From positions 1 through 37,979 of IMG/VR virus record IMGVR_UViG_3300017913_000351: a DNA stretch of 37,979 bases; one strand, 5' to 3'. Shown piece by piece: positions 16,300 to 26,221 of the stretch; within the stretch, counting starts at the first letter, position 1, and each line of letters begins with the position of its first letter. Origin of the DNA: a virus. The position numbers and the translations under genes were made by a program. The notes beneath the pieces are model-generated. The model did no database searches, was not told where the DNA came from, and worked only from the letters and a program-made list of their open reading frames with translations.

Positions 16300-16634
16300 T
16301 GGGTGGCTCAGCTTCTACATCATCACCATCACCGGCTCCTAGCGGCGGCGCGCCAGCGAAGAAAGAAGAGTTTGGCATTTTAAATTTTCTCGTCGAAGAC
16401 GAAGAGAAGCGTAAAGAGCTGCGTGCGAAAGCTGAGGCAATGTCGGAAGCAGCAGGGTCAATGAAGCCACTACAGACTGCAGCGCCAGCGCCTATTAACG
16501 TCAATGGAGGGCTTTTACAGCAGCCCGCTATTATACCGATGAGCCCCGCGGGCAGTGGTGTTTACGGAATGGACCCGACCAAGATGGAAGGCGGGCTCGA
16601 TAAATTCATGAAATTAGTGGGGACATTCTTTTGA
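16299..16634 (+). CDS. Small internal or virion protein (111 aa).
   Basis: TAATG coupling. Position within the internal-protein block. Confidence 0.6.
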   Translation: MGGSASTSSPSPAPSGGAPAKKEEFGILNFLVEDEEKRKELRAKAEAMSEAAGSMKPLQTAAPAPINVNGGLLQQPAIIPMSPAGSGVYGMDPTKMEGGLDKFMKLVGTFF

Positions 16635-17983
16635 TTAATCCACAGATGAGTCCAGTAAGCCCTGCTGTTTTGGCAATGCAGGAAGAGATGGAGCGCCGTC
16701 GCTTAGCGAAGGTGCAAGCTGAGAACATGGCAAGCCAGCAAGGCCTGATGGCGAGGCTTGGAATGGGGCCTAAGTTTAATGAGCAGGGTCAGCCCACACT
16801 CATGACGCCAAACCAAGATCAGGCCATCAATGTCGAAATGCAGAAGATGGTCAACTTGCAGGGCGCTCCAGCACGCGAAAACTTTATGCGAGGCATGGCT
16901 GAGGTAGAGGCGGCAACAGCGGCACAAGCGGCTCGAAATGCTCCGCCAAAGCCGACCTTTATGAATCGTGTGGGTGCAGCTATCGGCGACCGAGTACGCG
17001 ATCCAGCATGGCGCGCCCGGATGGCAGCGGCCATGAACAACATGACACTTAATCCGAACCCAGCGTTTCAGCAGGCTATGCTCAATCGCTCTCAGGGTAT
17101 CGTTCAAGGCAGACAGAAGGCTCAGTCAGAGCAGCGCATCGGGAACGCAACCGTAGACTACCTGCGTAAGCAAGGTATGACAGACCTCGCAGCGCTGGTA
17201 GAGAAAGAGCCAACGCTTAGCACTGCCGTAATGTCGTACCTACTACGCGATCCTAAGCAGGCCCCGGCGGTATTGCAGCAATATGCGTTATGGAAGGCTG
17301 AAGGTAATGAGGGTGGTCTGAATGAGTTTTTGACGCTCGCAAGACCAACGACAACTATCGATCTCGGAACGCCACAAAACAAGGCGCTGACAGAGAATTT
17401 AGAAAAATACATGACGTCTGCCAGCACAGCGTCGAACAGCTTACAGGCTCTCGGTTATTTGCAAATGCTAGGCGGCACTGTTGCAACCGGGCCATTTGAG
17501 CAAACGAAGGCAACAGTCCGTTCGTTGGCTGCTAGTTTGGGCGTTCCGGTCGACGAGACACAGCTCGGTAACGCGCAGCAACTAGAGGCATTTACAAACA
17601 ATTTGGTGGCAGAAGAGCTGCGCAAGAATAAAGGTCCGCAAACGGATTTTGACGCACAATTCAGCAAGTCGTTCTTGCCAAGCTTGGGTGACACGCCAGA
17701 AGCGTTCCAAATGAAGCTTAAGTATTTGCGTTCTCGTAATCTCCGCGATGTCCTGATAGGCAACTACGTTAACGACAACATCACCTTTGATGATACGACC
17801 AAAGATTTAGCGACTCGCAAACAAGCTTCGAAGTATGATTTGAGCATTCCTAGTGTTACGCAAATCGAAGGACAATACTTAACGCTTGCCGATTTCTATG
17901 AACAAGGCCGCGGTGATGGTCTCAATGACCAGCAAATTCTCGATGAGTGGTTCGATCTAACAAAAGGTGACTTACGACGATGA
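16631..17983 (+). CDS. Internal virion (ejection-like) protein (450 aa).
   Basis: TTG start overlapping the upstream stop, with an alternative ATG at 16646. Long helical protein upstream of the portal, in a block without other assignment. Confidence 0.6.
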   Translation: MINPQMSPVSPAVLAMQEEMERRRLAKVQAENMASQQGLMARLGMGPKFNEQGQPTLMTPNQDQAINVEMQKMVNLQGAPARENFMRGMAEVEAATAAQAARNAPPKPTFMNRVGAAIGDRVRDPAWRARMAAAMNNMTLNPNPAFQQAMLNRSQGIVQGRQKAQSEQRIGNATVDYLRKQGMTDLAALVEKEPTLSTAVMSYLLRDPKQAPAVLQQYALWKAEGNEGGLNEFLTLARPTTTIDLGTPQNKALTENLEKYMTSASTASNSLQALGYLQMLGGTVATGPFEQTKATVRSLAASLGVPVDETQLGNAQQLEAFTNNLVAEELRKNKGPQTDFDAQFSKSFLPSLGDTPEAFQMKLKYLRSRNLRDVLIGNYVNDNITFDDTTKDLATRKQASKYDLSIPSVTQIEGQYLTLADFYEQGRGDGLNDQQILDEWFDLTKGDLRR

Positions 17984-19887
17984 CGCCAGCAGAAGAGCGA
18001 GCTAAGAGAGCGTTGAGCAGGTCTCAGCCGAGCCAAGAGGCTATGGCTGCCATCTACCCAGAAAGCAGGCCTCAGGACTATGCGCGCAGTATCGCTCAGG
18101 GTGCGACCTTCGGCTTCGGTGATGAAATAGAGGCTGCAATCGCGGCGATCGTTCCCGGCGGCGAGGGCTACGATGATCGAGTAAAGCGCGTTCGCTCAGA
18201 GCTGAAAGCTTGGCAAGAGGCTAACCCCGGAACAGCAATGACAACCGAATTGGCTGGTGCAATTATCCCGGCGATTTTGACCTTCGGTTCTGGCGCAGCC
18301 GTTAGTGGTGGTGGCGCACTGGCTCGCGGCGTTCGTTTAGCGAAGGTAGGAGCTGCTGAAGGCGGTCTAGCTGGTGTTGGCTACTCTAATGCTGAGTCAG
18401 CAAAAGAGGCTGCTGGCGGCTTCATTGGTGGAGCTGCGACAGGCATGATTGTTAGCCCAATACTGGGTGTCGCTGGTTCCGGTGTTGTAGACATCGCAAA
18501 AAATATGTTCGGAAACGGCGCATCAAGCATTGTAAACGCTGAGCTTCGCAGGCTTGCTGAGTCTACTGGAAAGTCGGTAGACCAAATTGTCGATGATGTG
18601 GCGAACGGCCGTATCATGGCTGAAAACGAAACACTCAAGGCGGCCGTGAAGGTTTACACGCAGCGCAGTGGCGCAGAAGGCGTGAAAGCTGTGGAAAAAG
18701 CGAAGGATCGGCAGCGTAGCACCAGCGTGCAGGCTCAAAGAACCATTCGTAAAGGTTTGACGCCGGACAATCTAAAGCTTGACGACAATTTGCGCGCGGC
18801 ATTTAAAAGATCTGATGAAGAGCTACGGCTGCTTGAAAAGCGTGATTATGCTGAAGCGTTTCCAAAGGGAACAATCGTCCCTGATGAATTGAGTCTTTTG
18901 GTAACGGATGCAGCAAATCGCGTACCGCAGGTAATTTCTGACCTAAACAAGATCAGCAGAGCAGAAGGTTTGCCGCCCCTATTCAAGAAAAATAGAGAGA
19001 CCGGCTTTTACGAAGCGACACGTCCGCTCGATATGATGGACGTAGAAACTGCGCGCCGGGTGCTGCGTGATCAGTCTGACTCATTGTTCCGCAGCGGGCA
19101 GGGCACGGTAGGCACTTCGGTAGCATCGATACGAGATGAGCTGCAGGACGCGTTCTACAAAACATATGACGGCTCAGATGGTGGGCGCTCAGTCGAAAGC
19201 GTGGTCAATGCAGCGGCTGTACGGCGACAGCGTAGTGATGCGTTTGAGGAAGGCAGGAAGGCGCTCGGTAAGGGCCTTGAAGACGTTGAGGTGATGGTTG
19301 AAGACTTGTCACCAGAAACAGTGGCTGCGTTCCGGGCGGGTTTCATGTCCGCCATTAGAAACAAGCTGCGAGCGCAAGAAGCGCCAATGGGGCAATTTGC
19401 CAGTGAAAACAGGCTAGGAGCCAAGCTGCGGGTCGTATTCCCGGAGGCGGATCTGCCTACTTTACAGCGCGATCTAGACACGGCTCGCGGCGCGGAAGAG
19501 CTAGTGCAATATTTAAAAGGGCAAAGCTCTACTCAGCCGATGCAAGATGCTGCATCGCAAATTGGAACCGGCACTGTGAATGTCGCGGCTAATTTAGCGA
19601 CTGGAAATATGCTAGGCGCTGCGCAGGCTGGGGTACAAGCGCTGCAAAGGATGGTGGCATCTGCAACACCAGAGTTGACGCAAGAGCAGCACGCGCAAAT
19701 TTTGCGTGTCTTAATGAACGAATCCCCCGGCATGGTAAGAGACGCTCTGACAGACAAAACGCTTGCAGAGCGCATTACGCCAATCATCAGACAAACATCA
19801 GCTAGGCTCGGTCATGGCATAAGACAGCAGGGTGCTGTGCAGGTCGGTGGCAACGTCGGCGGTATCTTGGGTGAGGAATACAGATGA
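17980..19887 (+). CDS. Large internal virion (ejection-like) protein (635 aa) with Gly/Ala-rich hydrophobic segments.
   Basis: ATGA-coupled. N-terminus QGATFGFGDEIEAA and hydrophobic GAIIPAILTFGSGAAVSGGG...GGAATGMIVSPILGVAG. Confidence 0.6.
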   Translation: MTPAEERAKRALSRSQPSQEAMAAIYPESRPQDYARSIAQGATFGFGDEIEAAIAAIVPGGEGYDDRVKRVRSELKAWQEANPGTAMTTELAGAIIPAILTFGSGAAVSGGGALARGVRLAKVGAAEGGLAGVGYSNAESAKEAAGGFIGGAATGMIVSPILGVAGSGVVDIAKNMFGNGASSIVNAELRRLAESTGKSVDQIVDDVANGRIMAENETLKAAVKVYTQRSGAEGVKAVEKAKDRQRSTSVQAQRTIRKGLTPDNLKLDDNLRAAFKRSDEELRLLEKRDYAEAFPKGTIVPDELSLLVTDAANRVPQVISDLNKISRAEGLPPLFKKNRETGFYEATRPLDMMDVETARRVLRDQSDSLFRSGQGTVGTSVASIRDELQDAFYKTYDGSDGGRSVESVVNAAAVRRQRSDAFEEGRKALGKGLEDVEVMVEDLSPETVAAFRAGFMSAIRNKLRAQEAPMGQFASENRLGAKLRVVFPEADLPTLQRDLDTARGAEELVQYLKGQSSTQPMQDAASQIGTGTVNVAANLATGNMLGAAQAGVQALQRMVASATPELTQEQHAQILRVLMNESPGMVRDALTDKTLAERITPIIRQTSARLGHGIRQQGAVQVGGNVGGILGEEYR

Positions 19888-21941
19888 CATTACGGAAACT
19901 CGATGCTGGCGACGTAGAGTCAATCGTCAGAGACGCGGTAACAGAGGCAATTGATTTCGTAGAGTCAGAGATTGCTGACGAGCGAGTCAAGGCGCAGCGC
20001 TATTTCGATGGCGCAGTGGATATTGGTGATGAAGACGGTCGCAGCTCCATTGTTGCGACAAAGGTCCGTGACACTGTCCGAGCTATCAAACCGTCTCTAA
20101 TGCGTGTCTTTTTGTCGACTGACAAGCCCGTCGAGTATGTTCCCCGGGGGCCAGAAGACGTGCAGGTGGCAGAGCAGGCCACAAAGTATATGCACTATCA
20201 GTTCTCTGAGCTAAATGGCTACCGGGTACTCAACGATGCAATGCATGACGCGCTGGTGAAGAAATGCGGTGTCGTAAAGGTTTACTGGGACGATTACGAA
20301 GAGCAAGAGGTTTACGACTTAACCAACCTAAATGATCAAGAGCTAGGCCTACTGATACAAGAGAAGGGCCTTGAGGTGCTTGAGCGTAAGACAGAGATGT
20401 CGATGCAGATCGGTCCTGAGGGTGTAGAGGTCGAGGTGCCATATCACTCAGTAAAAGTGGCCCGGAGCACGTCTAGCGGCAAGATGTGTGTTGAGAGTGT
20501 TCCGCCAGAAGAGTTTTTTGTGAATCGGGACGCTCGGTCTATCGATGATGCTTACATCGTCGCTCACCGCACTGAGATGCGTGTAGGCGACCTCGTGGCT
20601 ATGGGGTACGACTATGACGACGTCTATGACTTAGGCGGCGATAGCGACACTGACAGCTACGCTGAGGCGGAGCGCTTTGAGCGTCGTGGCTATGATGAGA
20701 CTGACGACACACAAAGCTACATGGACCCAACGATGCGTGTTGTGCTCGTAACTGAGTGCTACATGAAAATCGATACAGAGGGCACCGGCATACCGCAGCT
20801 CCACAAAATTACGTTAGGGGGCAACAAGTACAAGCTTCTCGATTACGAGCCTTTTGCTCACATACCGTTTGCTGTGTTTGAAGTCGATCCTGAGCCTCAC
20901 ACATTCTATGGTCGTTCGATTGCTGATCTGATCATTAACGATCAGGATGCTTCGACAGCAATGCTGCGAGGTGTGCTAGATAACGTCGCTTTGACTAACA
21001 ATCCACGTATTGAGATTGTTGATGGCGCTGTCAATGTGGATGATCTACTCAATAATGAGATTGGTGGTGTTATACGTGTCAAACAATCTGGCTCTATAAA
21101 CACGCAGGCTGTCCCATTTGTCGCTGGTCAGACCCTGTCTGCCTTACAGTATTTCGATCAGCAGGTCGAAGACAAAACAGGCGTCACAAAGTCGTCTACC
21201 GGGCTCGCAGCAAATGCCTTGCAAAATCAGACGGCAACAGCAGTACAGGCTACGGTCACAGCGCAGGCTGCACAGATAGAGGTAATGGCGCGCAACCTAG
21301 CAGAAGGCGGTATGCGACAGCTATTCAAACTCATGCTGAAGTGCATGGTTGAGAATGTTGATGAGCAGGTCATGATGCGTCTTAGTGGTGATCAGTATGT
21401 CCCGGTCGATCCTCGATCTTGGAATGCTTCCATGGATCTCAGCATCAACGTAGGGCTCGGAACCGGGCAAGAAGACCAGAAGGTCGCAGTGTTGAATCAA
21501 GCGCTTGGTATGCAAATGCAAATATTTCAAGCGTATGGCCCGGGTAACGGCATGGTGTCGCTAACTAACATTCGTAACACGTTGGCTGATATCCTTGCTA
21601 TATCCGGGGTGCGCAATTCTGACCGTTACTTTATGCCAATGAATCCACAGCTTGAGCAGCAGATGCTGCAGCAGCAACAAGCGGCACAGGGACAGCAGCA
21701 AGCCGATCCTAATGCAGCGTTCTTGCAAGCAGAGCAAATGAAGATGCAGGCTAAAATGCAGTCAGATCAGGCTAAAATGCAGCTAGAGATGCAGAAAGCG
21801 ATTGCGGCAGATGACTTGAAACGCGATCAAATGGACCAAGATTTATTGCTGTCGGCAGCAGAGCTGTTGGGCAAGTATGGAACAGCCGTAGAGGTCGAGC
21901 GCATCAAGCAGATGCAAAACGAGCCTAGATACCAGCAATGA
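19884..21941 (+). CDS. Portal protein, P22-like family (685 aa).
   Basis: N-terminal pattern RYFDG....DGRSSIVATKVRDTVRAIKPSLMRVF...VEYVP..PED...AEQATKY. Size and a Q-rich helical C-terminal tail as in P22-type portals. Followed by scaffold and MCP. Confidence 0.8.
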   Translation: MTLRKLDAGDVESIVRDAVTEAIDFVESEIADERVKAQRYFDGAVDIGDEDGRSSIVATKVRDTVRAIKPSLMRVFLSTDKPVEYVPRGPEDVQVAEQATKYMHYQFSELNGYRVLNDAMHDALVKKCGVVKVYWDDYEEQEVYDLTNLNDQELGLLIQEKGLEVLERKTEMSMQIGPEGVEVEVPYHSVKVARSTSSGKMCVESVPPEEFFVNRDARSIDDAYIVAHRTEMRVGDLVAMGYDYDDVYDLGGDSDTDSYAEAERFERRGYDETDDTQSYMDPTMRVVLVTECYMKIDTEGTGIPQLHKITLGGNKYKLLDYEPFAHIPFAVFEVDPEPHTFYGRSIADLIINDQDASTAMLRGVLDNVALTNNPRIEIVDGAVNVDDLLNNEIGGVIRVKQSGSINTQAVPFVAGQTLSALQYFDQQVEDKTGVTKSSTGLAANALQNQTATAVQATVTAQAAQIEVMARNLAEGGMRQLFKLMLKCMVENVDEQVMMRLSGDQYVPVDPRSWNASMDLSINVGLGTGQEDQKVAVLNQALGMQMQIFQAYGPGNGMVSLTNIRNTLADILAISGVRNSDRYFMPMNPQLEQQMLQQQQAAQGQQQADPNAAFLQAEQMKMQAKMQSDQAKMQLEMQKAIAADDLKRDQMDQDLLLSAAELLGKYGTAVEVERIKQMQNEPRYQQ

Positions 21942-22198
21942 ATATAAAGGATAGAGCGACTCATGTTCGCAGGCTGCAAGAAGATGAGGCCTTCAACATG
22001 ATGATCGAAGAGATTAAGGAGGACGCGGCCAACGTCTTCCTAAACCCGCACTCTTCTAAGGAAGACCGGGAGGAAGCCCATCACTTAGTGAGGGCGTTAG
22101 CAAAGTTCGAGGATCGTATGGCCCAAATCCTAACGGATGAGGCGATCCACGACAGAAACGAGAGGAGATCAGTACCGTGGAAGCGACTGATGAATTGA
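21938..22198 (+). CDS. Hypothetical protein between portal and scaffold (86 aa).
   Basis: ATGA-coupled to the portal gene. Charged and helical. Confidence 0.6.
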   Translation: MNIKDRATHVRRLQEDEAFNMMIEEIKEDAANVFLNPHSSKEDREEAHHLVRALAKFEDRMAQILTDEAIHDRNERRSVPWKRLMN

Positions 22199-23169
22199 GC
22201 AACGACGCAACGATTAACGATGCGCTAGAGTCTTTATTTACACAGCAAGCAGCGGAACCTACTGCTCAGGCAGAGGATACCTACGAGGAAGAGGCCGAAG
22301 AGGCTGAGTACGAAGAGGTAGACGAGTCGGAGGTACAGGAAGAAGAGGTAGACGAGCTTGATGACGATGAAGGCGAGGAAGTCGACGAAGAGGAGGCTGA
22401 AGAGGAGTCTGATACATACACCGTCAAGGTCGACGGCAAGGAGTATGAGGTAACCCTCGAAGAGCTAAAGCGTGGCTACAGCGGGCAAGAATTTATCCAG
22501 AAGGGTATGGCCGAGGTCGCTGAGCAACGTAAAACTTTTGCCGACAAGCTCAAGCTCGCAGAGCAAACTAACGCTCTACTGGAGCAGGCGAAGCAATACC
22601 AAATGCAGTTGAACCAACGACAACAGCAGCCCGGCTTTGGTGTGCCGCCAACACCTCCAGACGAAAGTCTCATTGAAACAGACTTCGTGGCCTACAATCA
22701 GGCAGAGGCTCGCTATAGACGCGAATTGCAGGAGTACCAAGAAGCCGTGCAGCTCCAGCAGCAAACAGAGCAGTATGTCCAGCACGCTCAAGAGCAGGCA
22801 CAAAGGGCATACGTTTCGGAGCAGCTAGAAACTCTCAAAGCAGAGATTCCAGAATTTGCTAACCCGGAAACAGCACCCGCGGCGCGTGATCGCATCTTGC
22901 GCACTGCGGAGAAGTTTGGATTTACGGCAGAAGAGATCGCTGGTGTTACCGATGCACGCACCATTCGTATCCTTCATCGTTTTGCGGAATTGTTAGAGGT
23001 CGAAGCAGGCGCTGACAAAGCCATTAAAGACGCTAAGCCAAAACCCAAGCGCGTTGTGAAAGCGGGCGCAAAGAAGCGGCAAAACCGAAACAAGAAGCAG
23101 CAGGATGCGCGAGCCCGCATGAAAAAGAGCGGGAGCATGGATGATGCTCTCGAATATTTATTTACCTAA
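22177..23169 (+). CDS. Scaffolding protein (330 aa), GTG start.
   Basis: SD gaggag lies 9 nt upstream of the GTG. Long poly-acidic N-terminal tract, Q-rich coiled coil and basic C-terminus. Position between portal and MCP. Confidence 0.7.
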   Translation: MEATDELSNDATINDALESLFTQQAAEPTAQAEDTYEEEAEEAEYEEVDESEVQEEEVDELDDDEGEEVDEEEAEEESDTYTVKVDGKEYEVTLEELKRGYSGQEFIQKGMAEVAEQRKTFADKLKLAEQTNALLEQAKQYQMQLNQRQQQPGFGVPPTPPDESLIETDFVAYNQAEARYRRELQEYQEAVQLQQQTEQYVQHAQEQAQRAYVSEQLETLKAEIPEFANPETAPAARDRILRTAEKFGFTAEEIAGVTDARTIRILHRFAELLEVEAGADKAIKDAKPKPKRVVKAGAKKRQNRNKKQQDARARMKKSGSMDDALEYLFT

Positions 23170-23184
23170 ATTGAGGATATAGTC

Positions 23185-24141
23185 ATGGCACAGGTATCTA
23201 ATACCCATGATTCATACGACATGAATTCAATCCGTGAGGACTTGTCGGATGTGATCTACAACATCTCGCCCACAGAGACACCTTTCCTGTCTTCGTGTGC
23301 AAAAGTTTCAGCGTCTAACACTCTGCACGAGTGGAGCACTGACACGCTTCGCGCGTCAGCAGATAACGCGCACATCGAAGGTGACGAGACCACTTTCGAG
23401 GCACGCACCAGCGTAACTCGCCTCGGAAATCGTACTCAGATCTTTAAGAACGCGGTTATCGTTTCCGACACCGACGCAGGTCTTTCAAAGGCTGGCCGAG
23501 GCAAGGAAATGGGCTACCAAATTCTGCAGGTTCTGTCTGAGCAGAAGCTTGATATGGAGCGCGCGTGCTTCCTAAACCAAGCGGCGGTCACTGGCTCATC
23601 TACTGTGGCTCGCAAGATGGCCGGTCTCGGTGCATGGGTCGCAACTAACACATCAAAGGGCACTGGCGGTGCTGATTCTAGCGGTGACGGCTCTGATGCA
23701 CGTACCGATGGTACTCAGCGTGCGTTTACTCAGGCGCTCTTTGATGACGTTATGCAGTCATGCTGGGAGAGTGGAGGTAACCCCGATAAGGTTTACCTAA
23801 ACGCATTCCAGATGACCAAGGCGCTTGCGTTCACTGGTATGAATAACCAGCGTTCTACTATCGGCGCTTCTGTCGGTGGCACAAACGCTGTAATCAACGC
23901 TGTCGACGTATATGTGACTCCATGGGGGACCGTCGAATTCGTTCCTTCTCGCCAATGTCGTGCGCGTGATGTGTACGTTATCGAGAGCGACAAGTTCGCG
24001 ATTGCGACACTACGTCCAACCAAGCAAACTGAGCTTGCGAAGACTGGTGATGCAGCTAAGCGTCAAGTGGTTACAGAGGCGACTCTGGTTAGCCGCAACG
24101 AAGCAGCTTCTGGTATGGTCGCAGACCTTACAACTTCGTAA
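23185..24141 (+). CDS. Major capsid protein, DUF5309/SU10-type HK97 fold (318 aa).
   Basis: The N-terminal motif REDLSDVIYNISPTETPFLS....NTLHEWSTDTL....NAHIEGDE is typical of this MCP family. SD gagga. Followed by a strong terminator. Confidence 0.8.
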   Translation: MAQVSNTHDSYDMNSIREDLSDVIYNISPTETPFLSSCAKVSASNTLHEWSTDTLRASADNAHIEGDETTFEARTSVTRLGNRTQIFKNAVIVSDTDAGLSKAGRGKEMGYQILQVLSEQKLDMERACFLNQAAVTGSSTVARKMAGLGAWVATNTSKGTGGADSSGDGSDARTDGTQRAFTQALFDDVMQSCWESGGNPDKVYLNAFQMTKALAFTGMNNQRSTIGASVGGTNAVINAVDVYVTPWGTVEFVPSRQCRARDVYVIESDKFAIATLRPTKQTELAKTGDAAKRQVVTEATLVSRNEAASGMVADLTTS

Positions 24142-24156
24142 GAAGCGTGGCACTTA

Positions 24157-24180
24157 GGGCCCTTCGGGGCCCTTTTTTTT
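24157..24180 (+). terminator. Rho-independent terminator after the capsid gene.
   Basis: GGGCCC-TTCG-GGGCCC followed by T8. Confidence 0.85.
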
Positions 24181-24194
24181 AATTGGAGTTAGTT

Positions 24195-24377
24195 ATGTAC
24201 AAGGTAGTTAAGTCGAACATTTGGTATGACTTTAAAAAATACAGCCGTGGCGATCTTATCGATTTGTCAGAAGACGGCGCTAGAATCTTGGGTAACGCCG
24301 TAGAAGAGGTCGATGAGCCCAAACCAAAAGCTAAGCCGAAAGCTAAGCGTGCGCCTAAAAAGAAGGCTGCAGAATGA
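24195..24377 (+). CDS. Small protein with a Lys/Pro-rich basic tail (60 aa).
   Basis: SD ggag lies 6 nt upstream of ATG 24195; the track starts at TTG 24183. Its stop overlaps the next ATG (ATGA). Confidence 0.6.
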   Translation: MYKVVKSNIWYDFKKYSRGDLIDLSEDGARILGNAVEEVDEPKPKAKPKAKRAPKKKAAE

Positions 24378-24664
24378 AGATAAAAGAGAAGGTTAGTGAG
24401 CACGATGGCAAGCTGATCGTCGAAAAGCAGTATGACAATACCGCATATTTGGACCGGGCTAAGCAGCTCCGCGATAGCGGTATCGGCGTCAGCGGAGATA
24501 AAGAAAAGTGGCTAGTCGGTACTGTGCCAATGCATATGCTAGAGCAGTGGATGAAAGACGAGAATGTGGCGTGGGATGATGCTGCAGGACGTCAGCGAGT
24601 AATCCTTAAGTACCTCAACGATCCTAACTTTAAGAAGCTACGTGTTAAAGAAGGCCGAATCTAA
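24374..24664 (+). CDS. Hypothetical protein (96 aa).
   Basis: ATGA-coupled. No recognisable motif. Confidence 0.6.
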   Translation: MKIKEKVSEHDGKLIVEKQYDNTAYLDRAKQLRDSGIGVSGDKEKWLVGTVPMHMLEQWMKDENVAWDDAAGRQRVILKYLNDPNFKKLRVKEGRI

Positions 24665-24845
24665 ATCGGTTTTGCATCTCAAGATCGACGCTCTAAACGA
24701 GCAGATCGAGACGTTAGTCCGCGAGCGTGACGCACTCTACCGGCTGTCGATAGGAGATTTCAATGAAGTCATTACTGATGCGGAGTATTCTGTTGTCGCT
24801 GATAGCGATGTCGGCCTACTCCCAAGAGCCAGAGATTTTACCTGA
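24642..24845 (+). CDS. Doubtful 67-aa coiled-coil ORF.
   Basis: Only GTG or TTG starts are available. It overlaps the well-supported 24763 gene by 83 nt. If it is not real, 24665..24762 is non-coding. Confidence 0.3.
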   Translation: MLKKAESKSVLHLKIDALNEQIETLVRERDALYRLSIGDFNEVITDAEYSVVADSDVGLLPRARDFT

Positions 24846-25422
24846 GGCAGACGGTGTGCCAGAGCCTCGGGGTGACAATGTTGAAGGCGACCTTAACTCG
24901 GTCAACAGCAACAACGGCAACATTAATAACTCTCGCACCTATCAAGGCATGGGCAGTAATGGTATGCCCGTAAATACAGCAGTCGCACCTAGTCTGCTCA
25001 GCTCGGGTGTGCAATCTTGCTTGCGCAGCACATCGAACGGCGTACAGGGCTTTACCTTTGGTATATCCCGGGGCACATACGAGCAAGATCCCATGTGTAA
25101 TTTAAGAGCTAACTCGTTGGTCTTGAATCAGCTCGGACTTAAGATCAGTGCCGTTAGCCTCATGTGCTCCGATCCCGCTGTCTACAAAGCACTACTAATA
25201 TCAGGTTCACCGTGTCCGTTAGTAGAACGTGGTAAAATCGTAGTCGGACGTCGAGCCTACCTAAAGCTTAAAGAAAACCCGGAGCTATATGTGACCGGGT
25301 ATGCTGAAGATAAAGAATGGTACGACGCGATTCTCGGCGTTGGGGAAGAGGATGATGAGGATGTTTTACAAGACACTGGCGGGTCTCTCTCTGATCGTTT
25401 CCGTGCCAGCAGCAGCGAATGA
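24763..25422 (+). CDS. Exported (Sec signal peptide) Cys-containing protein (219 aa).
   Basis: SD aggag lies 7 nt upstream. The N-terminus MKSLLMRSILLSLIAMSAYS/QEP looks like an SPase I signal with no lipobox. Confidence 0.7.
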   Translation: MKSLLMRSILLSLIAMSAYSQEPEILPEADGVPEPRGDNVEGDLNSVNSNNGNINNSRTYQGMGSNGMPVNTAVAPSLLSSGVQSCLRSTSNGVQGFTFGISRGTYEQDPMCNLRANSLVLNQLGLKISAVSLMCSDPAVYKALLISGSPCPLVERGKIVVGRRAYLKLKENPELYVTGYAEDKEWYDAILGVGEEDDEDVLQDTGGSLSDRFRASSSE

Positions 25423-26221
25423 GCTGGACGATCTAGTCAATACGTCTAAGGCGCTTCGTGAGCAATTTGCTAACGGCATCATGGTCGTCGGCGGTGTGGC
25501 GCACTGGGCCCCGATGGGAGGCATTGCCAGCGAAGATATCCTCGCTAACAAAGACGCATATATCACTGCTGAGAAGCAGCTTGCGTACAACCAAGCCGTG
25601 CAGGCAATGAAAGACGCCACATTCAACAACATGGGCGCACAAGAATATTACGATCAACAGGCTCAGGCGGCGATGGATGACGTCAACGAGGCGATTGATA
25701 ACTACGTAGACGCTGCTACAGCGCTGATAGAGGTCGCAACCCTATCTAACCTCGCAGAACAGGAGCAAGGCGCACCAGACGATTCTGGCGCTCTTGAGGT
25801 GCAGAATTACATCGAGGCTAACGATGTCTCTGTGGTTTTGACCGATGAGGAAGTGACGACATACAACCAAGCACTCGATGATGTGACTGATGCTGCAGCT
25901 ACGGCAGCGGCTTTCTATAGTATTGCGAACGATCCTGAGATGATCTCGCAGGCTAACGACAATGCATCACAGTATGCGGCGAGCTTCAGTGAAGCCGACA
26001 ATGCGTATTTCGATCGTGCTGGTGGCGTGGTTAGCGTAGCGTTTGCATCTCATAACATGAGCGTGCTACTCGATGTCAGCGGTGCATACGTCCAAGATAT
26101 CGATATCATGCAGGCAGGATCTGAATCCATGTTTTATTACACGAGCCCGGAAGGCGGTTGTTGGTTCGCTATGGATAAGCAGGCGTGCTTAGAGGAGGCT
26201 GGCGTATATGGCAGCCCTTGA
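25352..26221 (+). CDS. Exported acidic protein (about 289 aa from M at 25352).
   Basis: Track ORF 25301..26221. In-frame ATGs at 25352, 25355 and 25361 precede a signal-like MRMFYKTLAGLSLIVSVPAAA/NE. An SD-like gaagagg is upstream. Confidence 0.65.
   Translation: MMRMFYKTLAGLSLIVSVPAAANELDDLVNTSKALREQFANGIMVVGGVAHWAPMGGIASEDILANKDAYITAEKQLAYNQAVQAMKDATFNNMGAQEYYDQQAQAAMDDVNEAIDNYVDAATALIEVATLSNLAEQEQGAPDDSGALEVQNYIEANDVSVVLTDEEVTTYNQALDDVTDAAATAAAFYSIANDPEMISQANDNASQYAASFSEADNAYFDRAGGVVSVAFASHNMSVLLDVSGAYVQDIDIMQAGSESMFYYTSPEGGCWFAMDKQACLEEAGVYGSP

Noticed and set aside
25301-25351. Upstream extension of the second exported protein (track start 25301).
   Set aside because: The extension would bury the signal peptide 17 residues from the N-terminus and overlap the upstream gene by 122 nt. 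The in-frame ATGs at 25352-25361 give a canonical signal peptide.
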